A DNA stretch of 64,000 nucleotides from a virus (Duplodnaviria; Caudoviricetes): positions 1-64,000 of IMG/VR virus record IMGVR_UViG_3300029305_011953; one strand, written 5' to 3'. The notes beneath the pieces were generated by a model. The model ran no database searches, was not told the origin of the DNA, and worked only from the letters and a program-made list of their open reading frames with translations. Below are positions 1-10,618 of the stretch, piece by piece (positions within the stretch are counted from its first letter, which is position 1; every line of letters starts with the position of its first letter). A program made the translations under genes and the position numbers.

Positions 1-396
1 ATGCGAAAGAAAGTATTAAAAGAAATCTTGGAGTTATGTGAAAAAGTAGGAACGCTTGACGAATTAAAAGAGGCGTTGAACAACCTTGAATATGGTGAGG
101 ATGTTGACGGAAAGACGGTTAAAATCCGTATGTATAAGGACGGAAATGGGCAAGTAAAAACGGAAATCCTTTCCATATGCGATTATCGAGATACTGAAAA
201 TATGACCATTGAGGAATTGGAAGAATATTATAGGGAACTTGAAGAGCAGTACGATGATATGGAAAGCGAAGAACCCGACGATTCCGAAAGTGAGGAATAT
301 GAAGAATGGGAAGAAAATCTTGAAGAAATCGAAGATGAGATGGACACGGTAAGGGAAAAAATTGAAGAATTGAAGGGGAGTTCAACAGAAGAATGA
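1..396 (+). CDS. Hypothetical protein with very acidic C-terminal half; 5' context outside the window
   Basis: 131-aa ORF, E/D-rich coiled-coil-like tail; stop overlaps the start of the next gene. Confidence 0.6.
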   Translation: MRKKVLKEILELCEKVGTLDELKEALNNLEYGEDVDGKTVKIRMYKDGNGQVKTEILSICDYRDTENMTIEELEEYYRELEEQYDDMESEEPDDSESEEYEEWEENLEEIEDEMDTVREKIEELKGSSTEE

Positions 397-974
397 AAGT
401 GTTAAATGGGACGGAAAAATTAATGCAAAACGGGAAAGAATTGCCCATACCCATTATAGAGTTTTGGGCGTGGAATTCTTCCGACCTTTTAAATAATACC
501 TTACGCGGTGCATACGCCGAATACCTTGTTTCCAAGGCTCTTGAGCTTAATCTGTCGGAGTCAAGGATTGATTGGGATGCCTATGATGTAAAATACGGCA
601 ATGTAAGAATTGAAGTGAAAAGTTCTGCTTATTTGCAGGCGTGGGAGCAGAATAAACCAACGTCAATTCGTTTTAGTATTGCACCCGCACAAGCGTGGTC
701 ATCAAGTACATGGTATGATGGAAAGTCAATAAGACACTCTGATTTTTACGTATTTTGCTTATTTGCTTGCAAAGAAAGAGAAAAGGCAAATCCATTAAAT
801 CTCGACCAATGGGATTTTTATGTGTTACCAACCCAGGTTTTAGACCAGAAATGCGGTGTGCAAAAATCAATTGCTTTTTCCGCTTTATTGAAGTTGGGGG
901 CTGTTAAGTGCCATTATGAAGAAATTAAGGCTTATATTGATAATCAATCAAGGATTTTAGGAGTGAAAAAATGA
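393..974 (+). CDS. PD-(D/E)XK restriction-endonuclease-fold hypothetical protein
   Basis: Motif YDVKYGNVRIEVKSS (D...EVK); translationally coupled to neighbours. Confidence 0.6.
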   Translation: MKVLNGTEKLMQNGKELPIPIIEFWAWNSSDLLNNTLRGAYAEYLVSKALELNLSESRIDWDAYDVKYGNVRIEVKSSAYLQAWEQNKPTSIRFSIAPAQAWSSSTWYDGKSIRHSDFYVFCLFACKEREKANPLNLDQWDFYVLPTQVLDQKCGVQKSIAFSALLKLGAVKCHYEEIKAYIDNQSRILGVKK

Positions 975-1534
975 GGAAGGACATTACAAGTATGCCTCTT
1001 GGCGAGGCGTTGATGTATGTGCGCAAGTCGCACAAAGAATATAGTTCGAGAGAAAAATTATCGCAAGTAACCGGTGTTAGTAAATGGATGTTAACACGTT
1101 ATGAAAGAGAAGGATATCTGCCACCTATGTCCGAGTGGAATAGAATATGCGATGCACTTGGGAACGAGGAATTGAGAAAAATGGGGAAAGAAATTATAGA
1201 GTATAAACGGACACACCCAGATGTGTATATTTGCTTTTCCGACGATACTGTTTGTTGGAAATGTCGCAATAAAATGTGTTCCGTTTATGGACTGATTGAT
1301 GGGAATCCAATCTCGCCCGATTTTTTTAACGAAGAAATGGTACGAGTTTCGCGCGAAAAGGGCGTTGTATTGACTGAACGCAGAAGTGGTGTTACGGGCG
1401 AAACGCACCTTGTTAATACTTGTCCGCATTGCGGTGCTTTCATTGGAGAGTTTTATTTACACGACCTTTGGTATGGGGAAAAGGAACGAATCCCCGTGAC
1501 CGATGTGACGGAGTTTATTCAAGAAGAGGATTAA
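971..1534 (+). CDS. XRE-like HTH protein with C-terminal Cys-rich putative Zn-binding domain
   Basis: SREKLSQVTGVSKWMLTRYERE HTH-like segment; CWKC and CPHC pairs. Confidence 0.6.
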   Translation: MRKDITSMPLGEALMYVRKSHKEYSSREKLSQVTGVSKWMLTRYEREGYLPPMSEWNRICDALGNEELRKMGKEIIEYKRTHPDVYICFSDDTVCWKCRNKMCSVYGLIDGNPISPDFFNEEMVRVSREKGVVLTERRSGVTGETHLVNTCPHCGAFIGEFYLHDLWYGEKERIPVTDVTEFIQEED

Positions 1535-1541
1535 ACTGTAT

Positions 1542-1790
1542 TTGAGTGGTGTATTAGGGATTATATTTATGGACAAGAAACTGAAAAATATAGAAAGTCC
1601 TACTATTAAACGGACGATATTACTGGATTGCTTTATGACGAAGAATATATCGCTTGATACACAGTACAGGATTGCCTTGCTTATAAACCAATCAAGCAAT
1701 CGAGAGCAAAAAGCGGAAGAAATGACAAGGATAGTGGAATCAGCGAAATCGGAAACGGAAATCTTGGCAATGATTAAAACAATGGAGTGA
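1542..1790 (+). CDS. Small hypothetical protein
   Basis: 82-aa ORF filling the gap in a tightly packed operon; start uncertain. Confidence 0.45.
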   Translation: MSGVLGIIFMDKKLKNIESPTIKRTILLDCFMTKNISLDTQYRIALLINQSSNREQKAEEMTRIVESAKSETEILAMIKTME

Positions 1791-1813
1791 AAAGACATTG
1801 GAGGGAGGAATTT

Positions 1814-3052
1814 ATGAATAATTTTTCTTTTGCGATTGATAAATTCGGCATAGGCTGTATGATATGGCGTATGCAACTTGGGGAGAATAAATTTGAGCTT
1901 AATCCCACCAATCTGTTCAGTGATGACATTCAACACCTACTTTGGGCTGTTCTTGGTTTTCATCCAGATTACGACGATGCAATTTGGTTTATGGCTGGGG
2001 AACGTCAAGACGAACATGTTCCGTGCGAGAAAATTGAAATTGACGAAGAGGGGAGTACCGCCGTTTGGTCGATTTCTATAAACGAAGAAAAAAGCACCAA
2101 GCAGGAACGAATTTTACATATGCATATTTTCCACGACTTGAATATTTCGCAGCATACGTATGAGGCGGATGTGCCTTATTATGAGTTTGCCGAAGAAGTA
2201 ATGAAGGTCATCGATGTTTTCATTCGCAGTTTAGGTTTAACGAATTATTATAAAGAATGGGGACGTCCGTTTCCGTTAACGGATTATGTTAACGCAAAAG
2301 CAATACTCATGCGGAAGAAACCAGAGTGCTTGGAAGATGAAATTTTACTCCTTGAACGACCGTTTTATATTGCTTTTATGGATGAACCCATCCGTAAAAT
2401 TACAATAGAGTCCGATAATGTTTGTTATGGCCCAATGCCAGAAATTGATGAAATAACACACCAAAGGCTGACGATATCCACCAAGGGAAGAGTAGACATC
2501 ACGACGAAGACTTATGCAGGTACGGTTGTGGAAAAGAAACATTTCTATATGAATAAGTTTGATACCAAGGAACTCGTGCAGGACTTGGTTGACTATTTCC
2601 AAGAACGACCGTTGATAACGTATGCAACGGATGTCGGCTCGTGGGATCTAACGATTGAAAGTGAGTCTGGCAAAAAATACGTTTTTAATGGCGCTCTTAT
2701 CGTAGATGAAGATGATTTCTTTTCCGAATATTCCATCAAAGTTCGCAAATATTTAAGGCGAAGGGACTTGTTTGTTTTTGACGGGCAAGACCAAACGGGG
2801 CTTATTTTCTTGTCCTGCGAATTTGAAGGAGGAAGCAAATCGTATTATTATCGAACTGACGATGAAACAATTGATATTGGGGATTATGTTCGTGTTCCAG
2901 TTGGCGAGAACGGTCGAACGGCGATTGTTGAAGTGGTTGATATTGATTACTTCGAGGAAGATGAAGTGCCTATGCCATTGGAAAAGGTAAAGGTTGTCAT
3001 TGAGAAAGTCGACGAATTTGGAGTTTATCCCGAAGATGAGGAGGATGAGTAA
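1814..3052 (+). CDS. Multi-domain hypothetical protein
   Basis: Long ORF; GGAGG RBS before ATG 1814; C-terminal beta-rich SYYYRTDDETIDIGDYVRVPVG segment. Confidence 0.65.
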   Translation: MNNFSFAIDKFGIGCMIWRMQLGENKFELNPTNLFSDDIQHLLWAVLGFHPDYDDAIWFMAGERQDEHVPCEKIEIDEEGSTAVWSISINEEKSTKQERILHMHIFHDLNISQHTYEADVPYYEFAEEVMKVIDVFIRSLGLTNYYKEWGRPFPLTDYVNAKAILMRKKPECLEDEILLLERPFYIAFMDEPIRKITIESDNVCYGPMPEIDEITHQRLTISTKGRVDITTKTYAGTVVEKKHFYMNKFDTKELVQDLVDYFQERPLITYATDVGSWDLTIESESGKKYVFNGALIVDEDDFFSEYSIKVRKYLRRRDLFVFDGQDQTGLIFLSCEFEGGSKSYYYRTDDETIDIGDYVRVPVGENGRTAIVEVVDIDYFEEDEVPMPLEKVKVVIEKVDEFGVYPEDEEDE

Positions 3053-5025
3053 TGAAAAATCTTCAGACCCGTTTTATAAACGCTTTAACGAAAAATCCGC
3101 CTAATTATAAAACGGCTCTTGAAATATTGTCTCAAGGGCTTGATATCAATGCACCTTGTGAAGACGATGAAGAGGAAAATCTTCTTTCTTCGATGTTGCT
3201 CGGCTTTGGACAGACAGAAGAAACAATGGGGAATGAAAGCCTTCAAAGAATCGTTAATGCATACCTGGTTGATGTTATCAATTTTATGCTTAAAAATGGG
3301 TTTGATTTGTCGAAGGACGGGGGCAGGTATGGAGCAATGTGTCTTAATAACCTTACCTTTTGTACGCACGATGAGAATATTGTTTACGCAGCGAAGTTGC
3401 TTTTAGATAACGGTGCGAAGAACATCGAATTTGAAAAAGGCGAATCGCCTCTTTACACAATCGGAGGAGAGGCGAGTTTCTTAACGGTTTGCGAAGAAGA
3501 CCATCATACGGGGAATATTTTTGACGCATTGTACGAAATCGTGGAGTATGCCGACCAAGGGAAGGACTATCATAATATAGACATCTATTTTGAGGCAAAA
3601 AATAAAATCGTTCAAAAAGTTCTATTGAAAAAAGACGACCGTGGGATTTTTGATTTGAATTATGATGAATCAAACCATAAAAATTGCTTTGTTTCAAGAA
3701 TTTACTTTGACCTCGGAGACTTGTATCTTTCGGTTGATAAATGGGCAGGATTAATCTGCTATAAAAAAATCGAGGATGAAGTTGTTGATATTTCCTCGTT
3801 ATTTGAAGGGTATATTGGAAACAGGATAGTCGACTTTGAATTTGACCATTTCAAAATTTATAAGCAAGTAGCAAAGAACGGGAAGGATATTCCCACCAGC
3901 TATGGACAGACGATTGCTAAAATTATAATGGAAGACGGCTCGTGGGTTATTTTTACCGATAATCACGGGGAAAAACAAGACGATTATGTAGGATATTTCA
4001 CTTTGGGGAAGGACGATAAAATGGGTAAAAAAGAAGAGTTAACACAGGAAGAAAAGGATTTAATTGGATTAATGTTGGAAATGGGCTTTGAAAAAGATGA
4101 CGTTTTCGCTGTGTGTGCTTTTTCACAAGAAACGGAAGTTCGTAAAAAATTGCTTAAGTATTTGCTTTTCAAAGGAAAATATGCAACGGTTTCTGATGCG
4201 CTCAACTATAGCGACATGGTGGAGCGTGCAATGGGAGCGAGATATCAGTATCTTCCCCAGAACCTTTTCGTTCAGTTTATTCGAGAAACAACGGATGAGC
4301 TTAATCAAGGGGACTATTATCAAGTTGATACGGTGTACGGTTTGAAAGATGTCGTTTATTTGATGATGAACGAAAAAGATGAAATGAAGGAGTATTCTGC
4401 AAGCGATTTTATTCGTTTAAGACCTTCGTTAATCACGTACACGGGTATTCCCGACGATAATGGCGGGGAAACGCAAGTAACCGAAGGATACGAGCTTGGC
4501 AAGGAGTATCGTGTGGTAGGGGAACATGGAAATGATTATGTTTTAGAGGACGGTCGTGTTGTTCCCTTCTTTGAAACGGATGAAATCGAGTTCGTTCCTG
4601 CAGAACCAATCATTAAGAAACCGATTCCGCACGACATACTTCTCTATATGCTGCGACAAGTGCTTGAATTTGGTGATATGCACCGCATTTATGAACGTAT
4701 GACGGACGAGACAGAGTTCGTGTCAAAAGCAAAGGATTTAACGATTATAGGGAGGGATAAAATTCTCGATTATATCGAAGAAATCTCGAAAAATCGTGTT
4801 GAACAGGATGCTTTTTCCGATGTCGTGGTAGCCACAGTCACGGAAGACGATAATAATGGTCATAAAGCAGGGGAACGCTTTTTGATGTTGTTCCACGACG
4901 ATGACACCCGTAGTTCCGCTTTTTTGTATGATGACGGAACTTTTATCACGAAAATCGTTCTTGACGATTATTGGCCCGCTTACCAATGTGATGAGGCTAA
5001 AATTAACGAACTCGGCAAAGAATAA
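3052..5025 (+). CDS. Large hypothetical protein; ankyrin-like N-terminus, possible NTF2/SnoaL-like C-terminal domain
   Basis: 657-aa ORF; ALEILSQGLDINA and AAKLLLDNGA ankyrin-like segments; IIGRDKILDYI SnoaL-like segment. Confidence 0.55.
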   Translation: MKNLQTRFINALTKNPPNYKTALEILSQGLDINAPCEDDEEENLLSSMLLGFGQTEETMGNESLQRIVNAYLVDVINFMLKNGFDLSKDGGRYGAMCLNNLTFCTHDENIVYAAKLLLDNGAKNIEFEKGESPLYTIGGEASFLTVCEEDHHTGNIFDALYEIVEYADQGKDYHNIDIYFEAKNKIVQKVLLKKDDRGIFDLNYDESNHKNCFVSRIYFDLGDLYLSVDKWAGLICYKKIEDEVVDISSLFEGYIGNRIVDFEFDHFKIYKQVAKNGKDIPTSYGQTIAKIIMEDGSWVIFTDNHGEKQDDYVGYFTLGKDDKMGKKEELTQEEKDLIGLMLEMGFEKDDVFAVCAFSQETEVRKKLLKYLLFKGKYATVSDALNYSDMVERAMGARYQYLPQNLFVQFIRETTDELNQGDYYQVDTVYGLKDVVYLMMNEKDEMKEYSASDFIRLRPSLITYTGIPDDNGGETQVTEGYELGKEYRVVGEHGNDYVLEDGRVVPFFETDEIEFVPAEPIIKKPIPHDILLYMLRQVLEFGDMHRIYERMTDETEFVSKAKDLTIIGRDKILDYIEEISKNRVEQDAFSDVVVATVTEDDNNGHKAGERFLMLFHDDDTRSSAFLYDDGTFITKIVLDDYWPAYQCDEAKINELGKE

Positions 5026-5297
5026 TCCCCCGCGAAGTACCGTTATGTGCTTGAAAAAAGTGGTAAAAGAAACCATAATATTGACACGAAAAATGTCGGT
5101 ATTATTTTCACAATGAGGGTATTATCCGTTTACTTTAATTTTATAGCATAAAAGTAGGTTTGCCAGGGTGTTTTTCTTTCCTGCAAGCCTTTTTTGTTTT
5201 TAGTCGTAAATATAAATCATTCACTTTATATCCCTTTTGTTCAATTGTTGGTATTTTTTCTCGTGGATTTTTTGGGGTTAAAAGCATGAAACAAAAT

Positions 5298-5364
5298 AAA
5301 ACACTATGAAAACACTATAAAACCATATAAAACACTTGATTTTTTTTGTTGGTAATGCTATAAT
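5298..5364 (+). promoter_or_regulatory. Sigma70/A promoter of the R-M operon with upstream ~10-bp tandem direct repeats
   Basis: TTGATT 5336-5341, 17 bp, TGcTATAAT (TATAAT 5359-5364); AAAACACTAT-like units at 5298, 5309, 5319 and 5329. Confidence 0.7.
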
Positions 5365-5403
5365 AAAATTACATAATTTTAATTTATTTCGAGAGGTATT
5401 AAA

Positions 5404-5592
5404 ATGGCAGAACAAGTAGCAGAAAATTGGATTAGTATTGCTGAGGCTGCTGCACATCTTGGCGTTAAGGTTGACACTATCCGTGCGTGGATTAAAAAGA
5501 CAGATATTCCAGCTCACAAAATCGGTAAACTGTGGAAGTTTAAAATTTCCGAATTGGACAAATGGGTTAGTAGCGGACACGCCGCAATTTAA
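5404..5592 (+). CDS. Excisionase/MerR-like (HTH_17) DNA-binding protein
   Basis: WISIAEAAAHLGVKVDTIRAWIKK...IPAHKIGKLWKFKISELDKW signature; GAGGT RBS. Confidence 0.85.
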   Translation: MAEQVAENWISIAEAAAHLGVKVDTIRAWIKKTDIPAHKIGKLWKFKISELDKWVSSGHAAI

Positions 5593-5610
5593 AAAGAAAC
5601 GGAGAAAAAC

Positions 5611-6744
5611 ATGAAAGGTTTATCGTTATTTGCCAATGCTGGAATCGCCGAAACTTTCTTAGCTGATGTCGGCGTTGATATAGTGGTTGCTAACGAATTA
5701 TTAGAGGAAAGAGCTGATTTTTATCGTCATTTATATCCGTCATGTGATATGATTCAAGGCGATATTACCAATTCTATTATTTTCAATAAAGTAATTACAA
5801 AATCAAAAGAACTTGGGGTTGAGTTTATAATTGCAACTCCACCTTGTCAAGGTATGAGTTATGCAGGACACAAAGACCCTAACGATGTTAGAAATGCGTT
5901 AATAACCTATGTTTTTGACGCAATTAGACAGCTGAATCCTAAGTATGTGCTTATCGAAAATGTTGTACCTCAATTGCAAACACCCGTAACATACGAGGGG
6001 AAAACAATGCTGATTCCAGATATGATTGATTATTTATTTGCGAGTAAGTACCAAATCAATAAGAATCATGTGCTGAATGTTGAAAATTTGGGTGTGCCTC
6101 AGAGCAGAAAAAGAGCTTTGTTTTTAATGGTTGATAAGTCGCTTAATCAGATATGGGAAATCCCCCAAGGCGATGGCACTATTGTTACATTGAGAGAAGC
6201 TATAGGTGATTTGCCTTCTCTCGATCCACCTATAAAAGAAAAAGGAATGACAGAAAAGATTTTTCCTAATTATGAAGAAAAAAAGAAGAGGGGGCTTGCC
6301 GTTTCAAAATGGCATATAGCTCGTCCACATGTTTGGCGAAATGTTGAGGTTATGATGCATACTCCAACTGGGAAATCTGCGAAAGAAAATCCCATTTATT
6401 ATCCGAAAAATAGAGACGGTCAAATGGTGGGTGGCTCTTGTTGTGCGTATAAGAGAATGGACTGGGATAAACCCGCCCCCACTGTGACCACCTACAATCA
6501 TACAATTTCATCTTTTCATAATGTTCATCCTGGTCATTTGGATGAAAAAACAGGATTGTATACCGATGCTAGAGTGTTGACTATTTTTGAATTGATGCGC
6601 GTAACTTCTTTGCCTGACGATTGGAATATTCCTGATTGGGCAAGTGAAAACTTGGTTAGAACAGTCATTGGTGAAGGTATCCCCCCGTTGGCAATAAAAA
6701 AGGTTGTAGCAGAGTTGGCTATTGTGAGAGAGGGGAAAAGATGA
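5611..6744 (+). CDS. DNA (cytosine-5)-methyltransferase M1
   Basis: Motif I LFANAG, IV TPPCQG, VI IENV, VIII PQSRKR, X IGEGIPP. Confidence 0.9.
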   Translation: MKGLSLFANAGIAETFLADVGVDIVVANELLEERADFYRHLYPSCDMIQGDITNSIIFNKVITKSKELGVEFIIATPPCQGMSYAGHKDPNDVRNALITYVFDAIRQLNPKYVLIENVVPQLQTPVTYEGKTMLIPDMIDYLFASKYQINKNHVLNVENLGVPQSRKRALFLMVDKSLNQIWEIPQGDGTIVTLREAIGDLPSLDPPIKEKGMTEKIFPNYEEKKKRGLAVSKWHIARPHVWRNVEVMMHTPTGKSAKENPIYYPKNRDGQMVGGSCCAYKRMDWDKPAPTVTTYNHTISSFHNVHPGHLDEKTGLYTDARVLTIFELMRVTSLPDDWNIPDWASENLVRTVIGEGIPPLAIKKVVAELAIVREGKR

Positions 6745-7874
6745 TTAAAGGTATATCTTTATTTTCAAATGTTGGCATAGCCGAAACTTATTTAAAAGAA
6801 GTAGGCATTGACATTGTTTTAGCCAATGAATTACTTGAAAAAAGAGCACTCTTTTATAAGCATCTTTACCCAGAGTGTGAGGTTGTAAATGGAGACATTA
6901 CAGACCCTGCTATTTTTGATAGTATTATTTCCAAGGCAAAAGAATTACAGGTTGAATTTCTTATTGCTACGCCTCCCTGTCAGGGGATGAGCATTGCTGG
7001 ACTGATGAATCCCTACGATGAAAGAAATAGCCTCGTAAAATATGCTATCGACGCTATCGAGATGATTCAGCCCAAATTTGTCTTGTTAGAAAATGTCCCT
7101 AGACAAATGGTTACGCCTATTTTTTATCAAGGTGAGGAGTTGTTAATCCCCGAATATATTATACGGAGATTGTCTAATTCGTACAATATTTGTATAGAGC
7201 CTCACATAAATGCAGCGGATTATGGTGTTCCACAAAGAAGAGAACGGGCCATTCTTTTAATGACTCGTAAAGATTGTAAAGAAATTTGGACATTCCCTGA
7301 AAAAGAAAACTCACACATAACGCTTGAAGTGGCATTTAAGGGTATACCTGACCTTTGGCCCGTAGTTAGAGATGCTGATTATGTGAGTGTATTGCCTGCG
7401 AACTCAAAGGAAGCGCTTTCTTTTCATAAGTGGCATGTCCCTCCCACACATTCATGGAGACACGTGTTATGTATGCTTTATACGCCGACAGGCAATACTG
7501 CTTTTGATAATGAATATTACTATCCCCGCAACAAAGATGGTTCGCGCATAAAGGGATATGATACAACTTATCATAGAATGTTTTGGGATAAACCTGCTCC
7601 AACAATAACTAGACACAATAGTGTAATAGGTTCGCAGAATAATGTTCATCCTGGTAGACCTTGGAAAAAGGATTCAGACGGAAATATGATGTATACGAAT
7701 CCTAGAGTATTAACTATTTACGAACTGATGGTTGCAAGCTCTTTGCCCACAGATTGGAATATACCCGAATGGGCATCGCATGAGCTTATAAGACAAGTTA
7801 TCGGTGAGGGTATTCCCCCACTGTTGATTAAAAAAATTGTACAAAGGTTGGGTATAATGAATGGCACGAAATAA
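6741..7874 (+). CDS. DNA (cytosine-5)-methyltransferase M2, paralogue of M1
   Basis: LFSNVG, TPPCQG, LENV, PQRRER, IGEGIPP; collinear with M1 over its whole length. Confidence 0.9.
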   Translation: MIKGISLFSNVGIAETYLKEVGIDIVLANELLEKRALFYKHLYPECEVVNGDITDPAIFDSIISKAKELQVEFLIATPPCQGMSIAGLMNPYDERNSLVKYAIDAIEMIQPKFVLLENVPRQMVTPIFYQGEELLIPEYIIRRLSNSYNICIEPHINAADYGVPQRRERAILLMTRKDCKEIWTFPEKENSHITLEVAFKGIPDLWPVVRDADYVSVLPANSKEALSFHKWHVPPTHSWRHVLCMLYTPTGNTAFDNEYYYPRNKDGSRIKGYDTTYHRMFWDKPAPTITRHNSVIGSQNNVHPGRPWKKDSDGNMMYTNPRVLTIYELMVASSLPTDWNIPEWASHELIRQVIGEGIPPLLIKKIVQRLGIMNGTK

Positions 7875-10611
7875 TATGAAAATTAATTTTCCCACAAATG
7901 TGGTTAACCCTATAACATATGCGACATATATGCAGATAATCGATTCTCAACCTGGTGGACAAGTAGATGCTGCGTATGCAGGCAATACCTTGTTCCCCAC
8001 AATGAAAAATGGCAAAGATGGGGCAGGAAAAAAAGATACTCATACCATCGGAGTGTTGATTGACTATGGATTAGCGCAATATGTTGATGATAAAAAGAAA
8101 ATTGTTGCATTGACGCACTTTGGGAAACGCTTTCTAGAGGTGTTTAAAAAAAGTTCTGATGAAGATTCTGGGCGGATGGAGAGAAAAACAGATGTAGACA
8201 TTAACTATAATGCTTTAATGTTGGAAATCCTCCTTAACTGGAAAGAAGCCGTTGGTGATAAAATTTTTTATCCAGGAGCTTTAATCATTCGTCTTTTAAT
8301 GGATGAACGTATGGAGTATAAATTTAATGCTTACGAATGGGAATTTATATGTGAAAACGTAAAATTCATAGAAACAAGTAACTATGATAAATTGGTAAGT
8401 GATGTTATTGAATTTAGAAAAAGCGGTCAAACCATTGATTTGAAGAAAGCGCATGACTTTTGTAACTCTTTGGCAAATTCCTGGGCGTTATTGATTAAGA
8501 ATGATGAAAAGTTTTATCTATTAAGAGAACTTACCAAAGAAAATATAAGAGACTGGCAAGCTAATAATAGGGATTTGGTTTATACAATGGGTACTATTTC
8601 CACACTGCGTGATAAAAATGTGCTACCCGAATCTTCGGATGTTTTTACTTTAATAAAGGAAAGATACAATACTGGTGATTATCCTCATCAAGACATAAAG
8701 GAATTAGAAAAAATATATTCAAACTTTAATGCATTATATGGCAAGGAGACCTTAAAGGCCCTTAAAGGCAAAGAACTCTTATACCGTATTTTTGGCACCA
8801 AGGCTCAAGATAATCTTTCTTTGACATATATAATTGAACGTGGGAAGGAATATGCTGACTTTGGTTCATGTAGGGGTGCGTATGGTTGGGCTAACGTCTT
8901 AACTTGCTTTCAAGGTAATCAATGGCAGTATTGTACTAGCGCATCGGATATAACAAATATTACCGAAGATGAGGCTATTGAAAAAGCAGAATTACTTATC
9001 AAAGCACTTGTGCGTTCCCTTGAAGTTATCGAGGAATACGAGGCTAAAAACAAGTTGTCGACCGTCGATGGGTACATTGAATTGGATGAAGAGTTAAAAA
9101 AGGTTTTAGGTGACCTTTATAACAAGCCGCGATTTAAGAAGCATTTAGCAATTCTGTATCCCCATCTTTTTATGAATATGTTTGACTATATTCTAAAAAA
9201 AGACGGTTGGCTGAATAGAATATTTAGCACCTTGCAACTTGAATTATCAGGCAATTGGTATACACAAAGCGGCAGATTTTCTGTTTTAGCAAAGGAATTA
9301 GGTATCCCCAATTTGGATTTATATCTTATTGTTAAAGCGTTGCTTGAAGAATCAGGTGAGGTTGAGGATGAGGTCGTAGGAGACGAAGACGATATGTTGG
9401 TGGATTATAAGGAAAACGAGAAAAGATTTAGAGAATGGATGGCTACACAAACCTCTCAGTCAGGAACATTGTGCAAGCCTGGTACGATTAGCAACAATTG
9501 TAGTGCCTTGAATAAGGTTTGCTCTATGATGGAAATTATCGAATACCCTGAGTTGGAGTCTATTTTCCAAATCGTTGATATTGATACTTTCAACGAAGTA
9601 AAAGGTATCATTAAGAGTCACCCCGATTACGAAGACGTGGACAAGGCTTGCAACAATAGATATTTGTCTTCGGGATTGAAGTGGTATGCTAAATATCTCG
9701 ATGAGCTTTTTGTGACAAAAGCGGTAGGAGAGGAGATTAAGGCAGACCCCTATGATAAAGCAAAGTTCCTTGCAGATGTATTTATGAGTCCAGAACAATA
9801 TGACCAATTAAAGCGACTTCTTTTCTATAAGAAAAATGTGATTTTGCAAGGTGCGCCAGGCGTTGGTAAAACGTATTTAGCAAGAAAACTTGCCCACTCT
9901 ATTATCGGCAAAAAAGACGATAGATACATTGAAATGGTGCAATTCCATCAAAATTATAGCTACGAAGATTTTATTATGGGTTATAAGCCTGTAGAGGATG
10001 GATTTGAACTTACAACGGGTGTTTTTTATAATTTCTGCAGGAAAGCTGAAGCTGAACCCGCAAGCAAATTCTTCTTTATTATCGATGAAATTAACAGAGG
10101 TAACCTTAGCAAAATTTTCGGGGAGCTTATGATGCTTATAGAAAGCGATAAGCGTGGTGCGAACAACAAGTTAAAACTTGCGTATAAAAACGAACTCTTT
10201 AGTGTTCCCGAAAATCTCTATATCATTGGTATGATGAATACAGCTGATAGAAGTTTGGCTATGATGGACTATGCATTGAGAAGAAGATTCTCTTTCTTTG
10301 ATGTTGTTCCTGCTTTTGGCAACGAATCGTTCAAGCAATATCTTTTGAAAAACATAGGTGTTTCCGTTGTCAATAAAGTTATTAGCCGTTTTAAGGAACT
10401 CAATGACAAAATTGCAGATGAAAGCACTTCAAATCTTGGTAAAGGCTATTGTATAGGTCATAGTTATTTTTGTATCGAACCCGTGGATGGTCAATCGGAC
10501 GAAGAATGGTATAGTTCTATTATTGAATACGAAATTGCTCCCTTGCTTTATGAGTATTGGTGGGATGATAAGGATAAAGCCGATGAGTGCATTAAGGCAT
10601 TAAAGGCATAA
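7861..10611 (+). CDS. mcrB: McrB-family AAA+ GTPase restriction subunit with long N-terminal extension
   Basis: Walker A GAPGVGKT, Walker B FIIDEINRGN, McrB signature MNTADRS, QFHQNYSYEDF. Confidence 0.9.
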   Translation: MARNNMKINFPTNVVNPITYATYMQIIDSQPGGQVDAAYAGNTLFPTMKNGKDGAGKKDTHTIGVLIDYGLAQYVDDKKKIVALTHFGKRFLEVFKKSSDEDSGRMERKTDVDINYNALMLEILLNWKEAVGDKIFYPGALIIRLLMDERMEYKFNAYEWEFICENVKFIETSNYDKLVSDVIEFRKSGQTIDLKKAHDFCNSLANSWALLIKNDEKFYLLRELTKENIRDWQANNRDLVYTMGTISTLRDKNVLPESSDVFTLIKERYNTGDYPHQDIKELEKIYSNFNALYGKETLKALKGKELLYRIFGTKAQDNLSLTYIIERGKEYADFGSCRGAYGWANVLTCFQGNQWQYCTSASDITNITEDEAIEKAELLIKALVRSLEVIEEYEAKNKLSTVDGYIELDEELKKVLGDLYNKPRFKKHLAILYPHLFMNMFDYILKKDGWLNRIFSTLQLELSGNWYTQSGRFSVLAKELGIPNLDLYLIVKALLEESGEVEDEVVGDEDDMLVDYKENEKRFREWMATQTSQSGTLCKPGTISNNCSALNKVCSMMEIIEYPELESIFQIVDIDTFNEVKGIIKSHPDYEDVDKACNNRYLSSGLKWYAKYLDELFVTKAVGEEIKADPYDKAKFLADVFMSPEQYDQLKRLLFYKKNVILQGAPGVGKTYLARKLAHSIIGKKDDRYIEMVQFHQNYSYEDFIMGYKPVEDGFELTTGVFYNFCRKAEAEPASKFFFIIDEINRGNLSKIFGELMMLIESDKRGANNKLKLAYKNELFSVPENLYIIGMMNTADRSLAMMDYALRRRFSFFDVVPAFGNESFKQYLLKNIGVSVVNKVISRFKELNDKIADESTSNLGKGYCIGHSYFCIEPVDGQSDEEWYSSIIEYEIAPLLYEYWWDDKDKADECIKALKA

Positions 10612-10618
10612 AAGGAAG

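Noticed and set aside
5149-5158. AAAAGTAGG match to the 23.9/55.66-kb motif as a possible left att site
   Set aside because: Only 9 bp in AT-rich DNA and the CGCAACC flank is absent
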